Of a stretch of 64,000 nucleotides of DNA, positions 1 to 9,936 are shown piece after piece (the first letter of the stretch is position 1; each line of letters starts with the position of its first letter). A program made the position numbers and the translations under genes. The DNA comes from a virus (taxonomy: Duplodnaviria > Caudoviricetes). Location: IMG/VR virus record IMGVR_UViG_3300032218_002424, positions 32,001-96,000 of that record; one strand, 5' to 3'. The notes under the pieces are model-generated. The model worked only from the letters and a program-made list of their open reading frames with translations. It did no database searches and was not told the origin of the DNA.

Positions 1-1821
1 GACTCTTCTGTCATTCTTACATTTTTAACACCTTCAAATAACGGATCTGCAATAACAAGATATGAATATTCTATAACAAACGGAGCTTCTTGGATATCAG
101 TTGGTTTACCAAGCAATAATACATTTACTGTTTCTGGATTAACAAATAATGTTTCTTACACTTTTTACATAAGAGCTGTAAATGCAAAAGGAAATTCTGC
201 TTCATCTGCTGGAGTAACTAAATCTCCAACTAGTGGATCAAGTGGTGGAACAATAACAATTCCAGGTGCACCAACATTTACAATTTCATTTATTACAAAC
301 ACTGGATTTAGAATCAATCTTACTCCGCCAACAAATAATGGTGGTGCAGATATTATAAGATATCAGCATACCATAGACGGAGGAACTACTTGGACAAATG
401 ATTTTACAAACACTGGACCAATTACAGTTTCTGCACTTACCCCAGGACAAACTTATCAAGTTTCTATTAGAGCGGTAAACTCTGTTGGATCAGGACAAGC
501 TGCTGTAACTCAACCTACGACAACAACCAAAATTGTTCCAGATGTAACTGGAATTGCTTTAAATACAGCAAAAACAATTATTACTTCAAATGGATATGTT
601 TATGGAGATGGAACAGTAAGTGCTTCAAATAACCAGTTTTATTTAAATTATTCTGGAGGATACACTAGTGCTCAGTCTCCAGTTGCTGGATCAACATTAA
701 CTGGAGGATCAACAATTCGTGTTGACTACACAACATATTTGGCAGCACCTTCATATGGAACAGTTCCAAATGTTATTGGGTTATCTTACTCAAATGCTAT
801 TTCTCAAATACAGCAGGCTGGATATTCTAATATTACTCAAGTAACACAATCTGATCCTACAAAAAATTATGGAATTGTATATGCTCAAAATCCATCTGCT
901 GGTACAGCATCACTTGTTAATACAGTTATTTCAATTACATATTCAGACTTTACTGGAACATTGCAGGCTCCAACAAATAGAACTCTTCCTTCAATAACAT
1001 ATGATAATCTTTATATTGGTTCTGTATTTAATTTAAATCCAGGACAATGGACAGACTCTCCAACATCTTATACTTATCAATGGTATGACTCTAATGGAAA
1101 TAACTTTTTAAATGCTACAGGTTCAACTTTTACTGCAAATGCAACAGCAGTTTCTAGATCTGTTACAGCTAAGGTTACAGCTACAAATGCTGCTGGTTCT
1201 TCTGTTGCAACACCTGTTGGAACTTCATATGGACCAATTAAAAATTTAGTAAAGCCATCAGAAATTGGATATGGAATTACAAATCCAAGAGCTGCAAATT
1301 CAATTATTATTAAATGGTCTGGTGGAGATTCACCATTTTATTTTGTTGGAATTTACAAAGCTGGAACAAGTTCTTATGTTGCTACAAAAATTACTAATCA
1401 GGAAACAACGACATTTACTGGTTTAGATTCGGCATCAAATTACTTTGTTCAAATATTTGGAAATAATAATTCAGAATATACAAATGACTCAACTACAAGT
1501 TCAGTATTGTCAACATTTTTTTCAGCTGCACCAAGTACACCAGTTTTAAATTCTGCAACAAAGTCTGGAAATATAATAAACTTTTCTGCAACTAGAGGGT
1601 CTAATGATGCAAGAATAAGAATTCAATTAGAAAATTTAGATGGATCCCTTGCTACTGGTGCAGGTTATATAGATTATGGATTTGATTTAACTCAGGGAAC
1701 AGTTTCTGGATCATATTCAATTAACGGTATATCTTCTGGAACCTACAAACTTGCAGCTTATGGGTATAATGAAGATTACGGAATTGAAACTACTGGATCA
1801 AAAGTTCAGATTAGTATATAA
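1..1821 (+). CDS. Large virion/adhesin protein, 5'-truncated: FN3 repeats, two PASTA-like repeats, Ig-like and FN3 domains
   Basis: Frame 1 is open from base 1 (DSSVILTFLTPSNNGSAITRYEYS...YTFYIRAVNAKG, FN3 pattern), so the track start at 739 is internal. VPDVTG...AQSPVAG (from 535) and VPNVIGLS...VYAQNPSAG (from 763) match the PASTA pattern. Confidence 0.75.
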   Translation, partial: DSSVILTFLTPSNNGSAITRYEYSITNGASWISVGLPSNNTFTVSGLTNNVSYTFYIRAVNAKGNSASSAGVTKSPTSGSSGGTITIPGAPTFTISFITNTGFRINLTPPTNNGGADIIRYQHTIDGGTTWTNDFTNTGPITVSALTPGQTYQVSIRAVNSVGSGQAAVTQPTTTTKIVPDVTGIALNTAKTIITSNGYVYGDGTVSASNNQFYLNYSGGYTSAQSPVAGSTLTGGSTIRVDYTTYLAAPSYGTVPNVIGLSYSNAISQIQQAGYSNITQVTQSDPTKNYGIVYAQNPSAGTASLVNTVISITYSDFTGTLQAPTNRTLPSITYDNLYIGSVFNLNPGQWTDSPTSYTYQWYDSNGNNFLNATGSTFTANATAVSRSVTAKVTATNAAGSSVATPVGTSYGPIKNLVKPSEIGYGITNPRAANSIIIKWSGGDSPFYFVGIYKAGTSSYVATKITNQETTTFTGLDSASNYFVQIFGNNNSEYTNDSTTSSVLSTFFSAAPSTPVLNSATKSGNIINFSATRGSNDARIRIQLENLDGSLATGAGYIDYGFDLTQGTVSGSYSINGISSGTYKLAAYGYNEDYGIETTGSKVQISI

Positions 1822-1830
1822 TGGATAATA

Positions 1831-3579
1831 ATGTCTTACTACCTTAAAATTATAAAAGATAATCCAATAGCATTTTTGCCATTGGATGAGTCTACATTTA
1901 CCACCGCATATGATATTTCTGGATGCGGAAATAATGGAACTTACAATGGATCATTTTCAAACAAAATTATGCCTTTGGTTTATGGGGGATCAAACTCTAT
2001 TTTAATTACTGATACTTCATATGTGACATATTCAACAACAAAAGATTTTTATTCATTAACTGCTAAAGGCGGTTTAGCAACAAAAGACTACTCCGATAAT
2101 GATTTTGCTTTAGAAATATGGTTTAAACAAAATATTTTAACTCAAGATTTAAATCCAATCTTAGCTGATTCTACAAATCAAGTAGGACTATTTTATCAAA
2201 ATGGAAATATTATTTTTAAGATTCCAGGACAATCTTTAGTATATAAATTATCTTTTTCAAATAAAGCAATGCATATTGTGGCAAATTATAGTATTTATGC
2301 TATGGAACTTTATATTGATGGGTCGTTGGTAAAAGCTCAACAACTATCTCAGTATTCATTTACCAACTCTTCAGTATCTTTTGCTTCTGGACCATCTCAA
2401 TCTGGCAATTCATTTATTATTGATGCCCCAGCAATTTACAGAAAAGCATTAAATAAAGAACAAGTGACAAATCATTTTTATGCTGGAGTAGAACATACAA
2501 ACCCTTCTCAAATTGTTTCTCCAGATAAAGGTATATTGTTCCCATTGCATGGTGGTAATTTAGCACCAGTATTCAAATATGAATATCAAACTGAAAAACA
2601 ATGGAAGAGAATTTTAAATGATACTGTTTATTATGATTCCACATACGGATACGTTTCCTTTGTTCAAACATCAGATGTTCAATCAAAAACATTTGTTGGT
2701 CAAGATATTATTAATATTCCATCAACACTTTCAATAGACTCTTCTAAAATTGAATGGCGGGCGGATAAAGGAATTACAGTTGAAACAAGTATAGACGGAA
2801 CAACATATGTGCAATGTACAAATGGATCAGCTCTTCCACAATTCAGTAAAGAAACATCAATAACTACAAATATTTTATATGTTAGAATAACAATGACATC
2901 CTCAGACACATCCACAGATCTTCCTAGACTATCTGGATTTAAAATTTATTTTTATGCTAATAAAGATTTGTATGCACAAAATTACGGATACTTTGCAACC
3001 TCTACAAAAGAATATGATTTATCTTTATTTAATTATCCAGTATTGCTAAGACATCCAAATGTTGGATTAAAAACAGTAGGCACAGGCGGATTTGATATTG
3101 CCGTAGATCAAGAAATTAAAACAATTGAGCTTATGTTTACTCCATCAACTACAGCAAATAATATTTTGTTTTATTCTACAGCAAATGGCTCTTATCCAGA
3201 AACAAAATTGGGGTGGAATGGAACGGGTACATTAAAGTCCAATATTTCTAAGGTATATATTAATGGAGTAGATAAAACATCTGCAAATATTAAAAATGAA
3301 CTAGTTGCTGGACAACCTCATTATATTGTTTTAGTTTTAACGGAACCGATTAAAAATACTCTACAATTTAACTATTTATCTTCATCTAATTATGGACCAG
3401 CCTGCAATTATCATAATTTGGCTATTTATTTATATGAATTAACCTCAACCCAAGTAAATACTCATTACAACCTTTATGTAGGAAAGCCTTCAACATCAGT
3501 ATCAGATTCGTCATTCTCCTTGACAGAATCATCCACAAACTACTATAATAATCAGTGGTTAGTGGTTTCCAGTGCATAA
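1831..3579 (+). CDS. LamG/concanavalin A-like virion protein
   Basis: YYLKIIKDNPIAFLPLDE...DFALEIWFK...LYIDG...IDAPAIYRKAL...HF is a LamG-type pattern; lies upstream of the portal as in BE-type phages. Confidence 0.7.
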   Translation: MSYYLKIIKDNPIAFLPLDESTFTTAYDISGCGNNGTYNGSFSNKIMPLVYGGSNSILITDTSYVTYSTTKDFYSLTAKGGLATKDYSDNDFALEIWFKQNILTQDLNPILADSTNQVGLFYQNGNIIFKIPGQSLVYKLSFSNKAMHIVANYSIYAMELYIDGSLVKAQQLSQYSFTNSSVSFASGPSQSGNSFIIDAPAIYRKALNKEQVTNHFYAGVEHTNPSQIVSPDKGILFPLHGGNLAPVFKYEYQTEKQWKRILNDTVYYDSTYGYVSFVQTSDVQSKTFVGQDIINIPSTLSIDSSKIEWRADKGITVETSIDGTTYVQCTNGSALPQFSKETSITTNILYVRITMTSSDTSTDLPRLSGFKIYFYANKDLYAQNYGYFATSTKEYDLSLFNYPVLLRHPNVGLKTVGTGGFDIAVDQEIKTIELMFTPSTTANNILFYSTANGSYPETKLGWNGTGTLKSNISKVYINGVDKTSANIKNELVAGQPHYIVLVLTEPIKNTLQFNYLSSSNYGPACNYHNLAIYLYELTSTQVNTHYNLYVGKPSTSVSDSSFSLTESSTNYYNNQWLVVSSA

Positions 3580-3632
3580 TTTGTCACACAGCCTGACAAA
3601 ATCTGGACTTATACACCACGAAATGGTAAAAT
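3580..3632 (+). promoter_or_regulatory. Promoter of the portal operon with an upstream inverted repeat
   Basis: TTTGTCA-N7-TGACAAA (3580-3600); TGGACT (3604-3609), 17 bp, TGG-TAAAAT (-10 at 3627-3632); ATG 6 nt later. Confidence 0.6.
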
Positions 3633-3638
3633 AAACTA

Positions 3639-3974
3639 ATGGATATCAAAAGACTTAATTCTGAATTTATCGAAGAGACAACCCTAGGACTTTATGTTTG
3701 GGAAATGCCAGACGGAAGATGGGTGGGAGATGATGAAGGAAACTTCATGACAATCCAAGCATTCAAAGGCGATAAGACCAAAATGGATATGCTTGCGACG
3801 GCGGTAAGAGGATATGGAATTTACGAAGGTAAACCAACGTTCTTGTCAGGAAGAAGAAAAGTTACAGATGAAGAATTCGAAGAACAGCAATCAAGATTAA
3901 AATGGGGCCTTGTTCCAGATCCATATGACATGGGTGTATACAAGGAAAATAAGGCGAAGGGTCTAATCGTATGA
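3639..3974 (+). CDS. Hypothetical protein preceding the portal
   Basis: 111-aa ORF, leaderless start, overlaps the portal start (ATGA). Confidence 0.7.
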   Translation: MDIKRLNSEFIEETTLGLYVWEMPDGRWVGDDEGNFMTIQAFKGDKTKMDMLATAVRGYGIYEGKPTFLSGRRKVTDEEFEEQQSRLKWGLVPDPYDMGVYKENKAKGLIV

Positions 3975-5566
3975 CAAAAGTAGTTTATGAAGAAGATAGC
4001 AATATCGTAGATAACGATGTTCGCATTAATACTTATGCGGATATGGTTAGATTTAGCAAAGCTCAAGAAGAAACTACAACTGACCCTTTCGCAGCAGATG
4101 CTGAAGAATTAAAAAAGTTTACTGGCCTATCTCCTGCATTTAGACGCAAATTAGGTAGAGAGCTAACAAAAGCATTTACTGGCCAAGATGGTGCACAAAC
4201 ACAACAGAGTCTTCTAGCTCAGGCGATCACTGGATATGCACTTTTAGATGTAATTGAACCAACATACAATATGGAATATCTCTCACGACTTTATGAAATT
4301 TCAACATATAATTATTCTGCTTGTAATGCTAAGACATCAAATATTGTTGGCTTGGGACACATGTTTATTGAAACAAGAAAAACAAATGACGCTCTTGATG
4401 GAATCACAGATGAAAAGCAATTAGACCGTGCACGTAGAAAGCTTGCAAAGTTAAAGCAAGATTTACAAGACTGGTTAGATGAGTGTAATGATGAAGATAC
4501 ATTTACAGAAACTTTAATTAAGGTATGGACTGACTATGAAGCTACTGGTAATGGCTATCTGGAAGTCGGTAGAACGGTTCGTGGAGACATTGGATACATA
4601 GGACATATCCCATCAAAGACAATGCGTGTACGCCGCCTTAGAGACGGTTTTATCCAGCTTCTGTATGGCAAGCTAGTTTACTTTAGAAATTTTGGAGATC
4701 AAGAAACTCCCAATCCAATTCTCGGCGGAGCAGATCGTCCTAATGAAATTATTCATTTAAAGAAATATACACCAGTAAATATGTATTATGGTGTTCCAGA
4801 TATTATTGCTGCACAAAATTCTTTAGCTGGAAACGAATTTGCTGCTAAATACAATTTAGACTACTTTGAAAATAAAGCTGTTCCTCGTTATATTATTACA
4901 GCAAAGGGTGCAAAGCTTTCTCCAGAATCAGAGCGTAAATTGCTAGAATTTTTCCAGGTCGGATTAAAAGGAAAGAACCATCGTTCACTTTATATTCCTC
5001 TTCCAGCAGACACTCCAGATTCTAAGGTTGAATTTAAGATGGAGCCAATTGAAGCTGGAGTCCAAGAAGGCTCATTTGATAAATATCGTAAATCAAATAG
5101 AGATGAAATTTTGCTTGCTCATCGTGTTCCAATTAATAAAATCGGAACTCCAGAAGGTGTTAATTTGGCAGTTGCTCGTGATGCGGATAAGACATTTAAA
5201 GAGCAGGTTTGCCGTCCAGCACAAATGCGTTTAGAGAAGAAATTAAATCAAATTATTCAAGAAAAGACAGATGCTTTAATTATTAAGTTTAATGAATTAA
5301 GCCTAACAGATGAAGATACTCAGTCTAAAATTGATGAAAGATATCTTCGCATGCAGGTTATTGTGCCTAACGAAGTTAGAATTCGTAAGGGTATGATTCC
5401 AATTGAAGGCGGAGATAAAGTAGTCGAATTAAAGCCACAACAGGCGGCAGAACAAACTGCTCAGGCTGGAAATACAAGACAAAGAACCCAACAAAGAGAT
5501 GCTAATTCCCCAGATAAATCTGGAGAAGGAAGAAATGCTCAAGGGGATGGAAGACAAACTCCATAA
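3971..5566 (+). CDS. Portal protein
   Basis: GNGYLEV, HIPSKTMRV, NEIIHLK..P...YYGVP, YFENKAVP, NEVR motifs of HK97/PBSX-like portals; position before the protease and capsid. Confidence 0.93.
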   Translation: MTKVVYEEDSNIVDNDVRINTYADMVRFSKAQEETTTDPFAADAEELKKFTGLSPAFRRKLGRELTKAFTGQDGAQTQQSLLAQAITGYALLDVIEPTYNMEYLSRLYEISTYNYSACNAKTSNIVGLGHMFIETRKTNDALDGITDEKQLDRARRKLAKLKQDLQDWLDECNDEDTFTETLIKVWTDYEATGNGYLEVGRTVRGDIGYIGHIPSKTMRVRRLRDGFIQLLYGKLVYFRNFGDQETPNPILGGADRPNEIIHLKKYTPVNMYYGVPDIIAAQNSLAGNEFAAKYNLDYFENKAVPRYIITAKGAKLSPESERKLLEFFQVGLKGKNHRSLYIPLPADTPDSKVEFKMEPIEAGVQEGSFDKYRKSNRDEILLAHRVPINKIGTPEGVNLAVARDADKTFKEQVCRPAQMRLEKKLNQIIQEKTDALIIKFNELSLTDEDTQSKIDERYLRMQVIVPNEVRIRKGMIPIEGGDKVVELKPQQAAEQTAQAGNTRQRTQQRDANSPDKSGEGRNAQGDGRQTP

Positions 5567-5567
5567 C

Positions 5568-5613
5568 TTTTAGTCGACAAGTATTTGCCTTTTTAAGCAC
5601 ACGTTGATAAACT
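5568..5613 (+). promoter_or_regulatory. Promoter of the head operon with a TTTTAGTCGAC element
   Basis: TTGCCT (5585-5590), 17 bp, TGA-TAAACT (5608-5613); TTTTAGTCGAC at 5568-5578 recurs at 45074. Confidence 0.55.
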
Positions 5614-5622
5614 TTACTGTAT

Positions 5623-6927
5623 ATGAATATTGAAAAAGCACATTGGTCAAGTAATGGAAATCGCCTGTCAATTGCGGTTCCATTCTCAAAGGTCAATAAG
5701 GAAAACAGAACAGTTTCAGGGTTCGCTACACTTAATAATGTAGACCAAACTGGAGATGTTGTTACGGCTGAAGCAAGCCTAAAAGCATTTGAAGGTTTCC
5801 GTGGAAACATTCGTGAAATGCATCAATCAATTGCAGTTGGTAAAATGCTTTCATTCAAAGCTGAGACATTCTTTGATCCAATTTCAAAGTCATTCTACGA
5901 TGGTGTTTGGGTAAGTGCTTACATTTCAAAGGGTGCACAAGATACTTGGGAAAAAGTTCTTGATGGCACACTTTCTGGTTTTTCAATTGGCGGAAGAATT
6001 AATGAATCAGATTTAGAAGTTAATAAATCAAATGGTGAGTCTGTTAGATTTATTAAGGACTACGATCTTATTGAGTTGTCGCTTGTTGATTCACCAGCAA
6101 ATGAACTTTGCAATGTTCTTTCAATCGAAAAGGTTAACGGAACACTTGTTTATAAAGGTTTAGTAGCAGAAACTTTTGCAGCTAATGTTTTTTTCTGTCC
6201 ATCAGATAACATTGTTGTTTCAGAGATGTCAGCTGAAAGAAGTTGCTCAGTATGTAATACAAAAATGGAAGTCATTGGTTGGGTGGAGAACAATGATGTT
6301 AATAAGGCGGATACAGTTCGATATGTCTATGAAAAATATATCAATAAGGTTTCTAGTTCTGCACAAGAACCAGAAAGCAACACCGAAGTAAAGGGAGGTA
6401 CACAAGTGTCAGAAGCAACAGTAGAAGACACAACCGTCGAAACTCCTGCAGCAGAAGCAGCAGTTACTGAAGAAGTAGCAGCACCAGCAGAAGATGCAGC
6501 AGCAGACGTTGTAGAAGCAGCACCAGCTGCAGAAGCAGATGCCGCCAATACCGAAGATGCACCAGCAGCAGATGCAGTAACTGAAGATTCAGAAATTGCA
6601 AAGGCTATGGGAGATCTCAAGGGCTTCTTGTCAGATACACTTAGTAAGGCAGCAGAGACAAACGCAGCACAGGTTGCAGAAGTTAAGTCAACTGTAGAGT
6701 CCTTTATGAAGAGTGTTGAGACAAGAGTTTCAGAATTGGCAGAACAATACAATACACTCAGCCAAAAAGTAGCTGAGGGAATTGACTCTGTTGAAAAGAG
6801 AGTCAATGCAGTTGAAACAGATACTGCAGTTAAGAAGTCTGCTGACCTTGGCGGGTCAACAGAGTTTGTAAAGAAATCAAAATGGTCAGGAGCTTTCCTC
6901 GGTTCCGTTAACGATATTTTAAACTAA
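5623..6927 (+). CDS. Prohead (capsid maturation) protease fused to an acidic scaffold
   Basis: RTVSGFAT..D...D, REMH, GTLSGFSIGG, ELSLVDSPAN are HK97-type protease motifs; then a small Cys cluster and an Ala/Glu-rich coiled-coil C-terminal half. Confidence 0.9.
   Translation: MNIEKAHWSSNGNRLSIAVPFSKVNKENRTVSGFATLNNVDQTGDVVTAEASLKAFEGFRGNIREMHQSIAVGKMLSFKAETFFDPISKSFYDGVWVSAYISKGAQDTWEKVLDGTLSGFSIGGRINESDLEVNKSNGESVRFIKDYDLIELSLVDSPANELCNVLSIEKVNGTLVYKGLVAETFAANVFFCPSDNIVVSEMSAERSCSVCNTKMEVIGWVENNDVNKADTVRYVYEKYINKVSSSAQEPESNTEVKGGTQVSEATVEDTTVETPAAEAAVTEEVAAPAEDAAADVVEAAPAAEADAANTEDAPAADAVTEDSEIAKAMGDLKGFLSDTLSKAAETNAAQVAEVKSTVESFMKSVETRVSELAEQYNTLSQKVAEGIDSVEKRVNAVETDTAVKKSADLGGSTEFVKKSKWSGAFLGSVNDILN
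6406..6927 (+). CDS. Nested in-frame scaffold protein (internal GTG start)
   Basis: Strong SD AAGGGAGGT at 6391-6399, followed 6 nt later by an in-frame GTG at 6406, exactly where the acidic region begins. Confidence 0.65.
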   Translation: MSEATVEDTTVETPAAEAAVTEEVAAPAEDAAADVVEAAPAAEADAANTEDAPAADAVTEDSEIAKAMGDLKGFLSDTLSKAAETNAAQVAEVKSTVESFMKSVETRVSELAEQYNTLSQKVAEGIDSVEKRVNAVETDTAVKKSADLGGSTEFVKKSKWSGAFLGSVNDILN

Positions 6928-6947
6928 AAAAGGCAGGTGAAAAAAAT

Positions 6948-7997
6948 ATGAGTAACGAATTATTAGAAAAGGCAGTAGCAGCTAACACAACAGCAACTAC
7001 TAGCATGAACGGCCAGAGCCTTTCAGGTTCAGGTATCCACGTCGGAGCTACCCAAACAGGTGGTCTCCTAAATCCAGAGCAGTCAGCACGATTCCTCGAC
7101 TACGTATTTGATGCTACCGTAATTGGTAAGGTCGCACGTACAGTAAGAATGAAGGCAGACACAACTGAGATTGATCGCATCGGAGTTGGCGAGAAGCTAA
7201 TGAAGGTTGCGTCAGAAGCAGAAGACACAGGTTCAAACGCTGGTGTCACATTCTCAAAGATCAACTTGACTACTAAGAAGCTTCGTCTTGACTGGGAACT
7301 CTCAACAGAGTCTCTAGAAGACAACATCGAAGGTCCAGATCTAGAAGATCACATTGCACGTCTTATGGCAACACAAGCTGGAAATGACATCGAAGATGTA
7401 GTCCTTAATGGAGATACATCACTTTCATCAGATAACCTTTACAAGGCATTTGATGGCGTTGTTAAGAAGGCTAAGGCTAACGGACACGTAGTTGATGCAG
7501 GTGGAGCAGCAGTTTCCCGTGCAGTATTCAACTCAGCACTCAAGGCACTTCCACGTAAGTACAAGCAACGTCGTACAGACCTTCGCTTCCTTTCAGGATC
7601 TAATCTTATCCAGGACTTCCTATATAGCCAGTCAATCTCAACCAATTTTGCAAACCCACAAGATATCGCATCAAGCGTTATCCGTGGTGAAGTTGCACCA
7701 CTTGGTGGACCAGCAGGTTATGTAGCACCATACGCATTTGGTATTCCAATTGTTGAAGTTCCACTCCTTAATGAAATCCAAGCTGGAGATTATTCAGGAC
7801 ACACAGGTTCACACGGTGACATCCACCTTTCATTCCCAAATAACGTTGTTATCGGAATTAAGCGTGACGTAACTGTTTACCGTTTCTTCTGGCCTCGCAA
7901 GGACTCAGTTGAGTACACACTCTACACAAGAGTTGGTGTTCAAATTGAGCAAGCCGATGCATGGGTCGTTGTAAAGAACGTTAAGGTAGCTTCCTAA
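6948..7997 (+). CDS. Major capsid protein (HK97 fold)
   Basis: GGLLNPEQSARF, KLRLDWELSTESLEDNIEG, NGD, GIPIVEVP; codon use typical of high expression; followed by a terminator. Confidence 0.93.
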   Translation: MSNELLEKAVAANTTATTSMNGQSLSGSGIHVGATQTGGLLNPEQSARFLDYVFDATVIGKVARTVRMKADTTEIDRIGVGEKLMKVASEAEDTGSNAGVTFSKINLTTKKLRLDWELSTESLEDNIEGPDLEDHIARLMATQAGNDIEDVVLNGDTSLSSDNLYKAFDGVVKKAKANGHVVDAGGAAVSRAVFNSALKALPRKYKQRRTDLRFLSGSNLIQDFLYSQSISTNFANPQDIASSVIRGEVAPLGGPAGYVAPYAFGIPIVEVPLLNEIQAGDYSGHTGSHGDIHLSFPNNVVIGIKRDVTVYRFFWPRKDSVEYTLYTRVGVQIEQADAWVVVKNVKVAS

Positions 7998-8014
7998 TTT
8001 AGGAAATATACTAT

Positions 8015-8048
8015 TAAAGACCCTCGAATTAATTTTCGAGGGTCTTTA
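8015..8048 (+). terminator. Intrinsic terminator after the capsid gene
   Basis: TAAAGACCCTCGAA-TTAATT-TTCGAGGGTCTTTA, a 14-bp perfect stem with a T-rich tail. Confidence 0.85.
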
Positions 8049-8095
8049 CCTTTTAAGCTCGTAATGCTATAATTGAACAGAACAAAGGAGATTAT

Positions 8096-8503
8096 ATGTC
8101 ATTTTCAACAATGAAAATCGCAGAACTCAAACAAATCGCAGAAGACTTTGCAGTGGACCTACCTAATTCAAAGAGCAAAGCAGAAATTATCGCAGCCTTC
8201 GCAGAAGAAGGCGTAACTTGGGAAATTTACCAAAAGACATTAAAGAATCTAGAAGATGATTCAATTGAGGCGGATGAAGCAATAGAAGTATTGCCAAAGT
8301 TTGACCCAAAGGCGGCAACACCAGAAGATACAACTTTAGTTAGAATGACTAGAGCAAACTTCAGATATGATATTCTTGGATTTACCTTTACAAAGGAACA
8401 TCCATTTGTAGCTATGCCAACAGAAAAAGCAGAAGAACTTTTTAGAATTGAAGAGGGATTTCGCATGGCTACAGCTACTGAAGTAAAAGATTTTTACAAC
8501 TAA
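8096..8503 (+). CDS. Head-associated protein with an N-terminal Rho-N/HeH-like helical motif
   Basis: MKIAELKQIAEDFAVDLP..KSKAEII; SD AAAGGAG; extended -10 TGCTATAAT at 8065-8073. Confidence 0.6.
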   Translation: MSFSTMKIAELKQIAEDFAVDLPNSKSKAEIIAAFAEEGVTWEIYQKTLKNLEDDSIEADEAIEVLPKFDPKAATPEDTTLVRMTRANFRYDILGFTFTKEHPFVAMPTEKAEELFRIEEGFRMATATEVKDFYN

Positions 8504-8515
8504 AAGGAAGATTAA

Positions 8516-9508
8516 ATGGCTGAGTTATACGTAAATAGCAACGGAGTTTTGCGTCAAAAAATTTATTGGGCAGGAAAGCCAGTAGATACAGATAATGATG
8601 TTTCTGTTGCTGTTTACGATGTAACTGAAGATCCAGCAATTATTCCAGCACTTTCCCCAACATCATTGTTGGGAACATATGCTGCTTCAAATTTAGAAAC
8701 AGATAATGGAAACTATGAATTAGTTCTTCCATTTAATCTGACTGAAAGAAATAGAAAATTAAAGCTAATTTGGTCTTATAGTGTAAATGGAGAGGCTGGA
8801 CAGCAAACTACGTTTGTTGATGTTGTAACTCCATATACAAATATTTCTGAAGCAATTGATGCTTTAAATTTTGGAGTAGACCCATCAGACCCAGACTATA
8901 AGTCATATGAAGAACTTATGCGGGCAGAAGCTTACGCAAGAAAACTTATTGAGAATTATACATTTGACCAATTTTATCTTTATGATGATGTTCAAATTGT
9001 TTATGGAGCAGGCGACGATTCAATTGCTACTCTTTACAAGGTAAATCAAATTCATGAATTATATGCAAATGATATTCTATTGCTTGATAATCCTCACAAT
9101 ATAAATAATATTGGATATGATATTATTCCAGCATCAACTGGATATGGAATTAAAATTGATAGAGGTTCTTCAATCACAAGAGACAACACCGTGTACCTTG
9201 CAAATGGAATGGTGTCTCCAACTGTATATGATTTAGGATTTCAAGGTTTCTTTCAAAAAGGTGTTGCCTACAGAGTCCAAGGAAGATTTGGATGGGATGC
9301 TATCCCAGACGAAGTAAGTCTTGCAACAATTGAACTCATGAAAGATTTCTTTAACAGAGATACACAATGGAAACATAAGTATGTAAAGAATATTCAGACA
9401 TTTGACTGGAATTTTGAATATGATCCAGGAGTTTATAATGGAACAGGAAACTTTTATGCTGACAGCATTCTTTCAAATTATGTTGTCAAGCAAATGTTGG
9501 TGATCTAA
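8516..9508 (+). CDS. Head-tail adaptor
   Basis: ARKLIENYT and GRFGWDAIPDEVSLATIEL pattern of gp15/gp6-like adaptors; synteny. Confidence 0.7.
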   Translation: MAELYVNSNGVLRQKIYWAGKPVDTDNDVSVAVYDVTEDPAIIPALSPTSLLGTYAASNLETDNGNYELVLPFNLTERNRKLKLIWSYSVNGEAGQQTTFVDVVTPYTNISEAIDALNFGVDPSDPDYKSYEELMRAEAYARKLIENYTFDQFYLYDDVQIVYGAGDDSIATLYKVNQIHELYANDILLLDNPHNINNIGYDIIPASTGYGIKIDRGSSITRDNTVYLANGMVSPTVYDLGFQGFFQKGVAYRVQGRFGWDAIPDEVSLATIELMKDFFNRDTQWKHKYVKNIQTFDWNFEYDPGVYNGTGNFYADSILSNYVVKQMLVI

Positions 9509-9936
9509 TGTTAGCAGATTTGGTAGGAACAATCCTGTCAATGAAGGTTGACATTTATGTACAACAAGATTTTCAGGATACAGACACAGGTGCAATTAAA
9601 AAGTCTTGGATTTTAGACAGAACAATACCATGTTTTGCAAAAGGAAATATTTCAAATTCTTCAAGTGGTCGTGGATCTGACAGACAAAAATATGGAACAA
9701 GATACAAAGACATTGAATCAATTTCAGTAAGAGTTGGAGAATTTATTTCTCACAGAGAAAAACTTGTAAATATTAGAAGTGATAAAGATCAAACATTATG
9801 GTTTGAATTAAATTATCCAACAAGTACACCTACTGTTTTTGAAGTTGTTGGCAATACTCCAATTACCGATCCGTTCGGTGCAGTACTTGGATACAACTTG
9901 ATGTGTGCAAGATCGGAAAATCAGACAATTGATTAA
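9508..9936 (+). CDS. Head-tail stopper/closure protein
   Basis: Size and synteny; QDTDTGAIKKSW pattern. Confidence 0.6.
   Translation: MLADLVGTILSMKVDIYVQQDFQDTDTGAIKKSWILDRTIPCFAKGNISNSSSGRGSDRQKYGTRYKDIESISVRVGEFISHREKLVNIRSDKDQTLWFELNYPTSTPTVFEVVGNTPITDPFGAVLGYNLMCARSENQTID

Noticed and set aside
6327-7725. Alternative-frame and antisense ORFs within head genes (likewise in TMP, 25011-25634, 58126-59160)
   Set aside because: Explained by codon bias of the sense genes; no SD, promoter or protein motifs.
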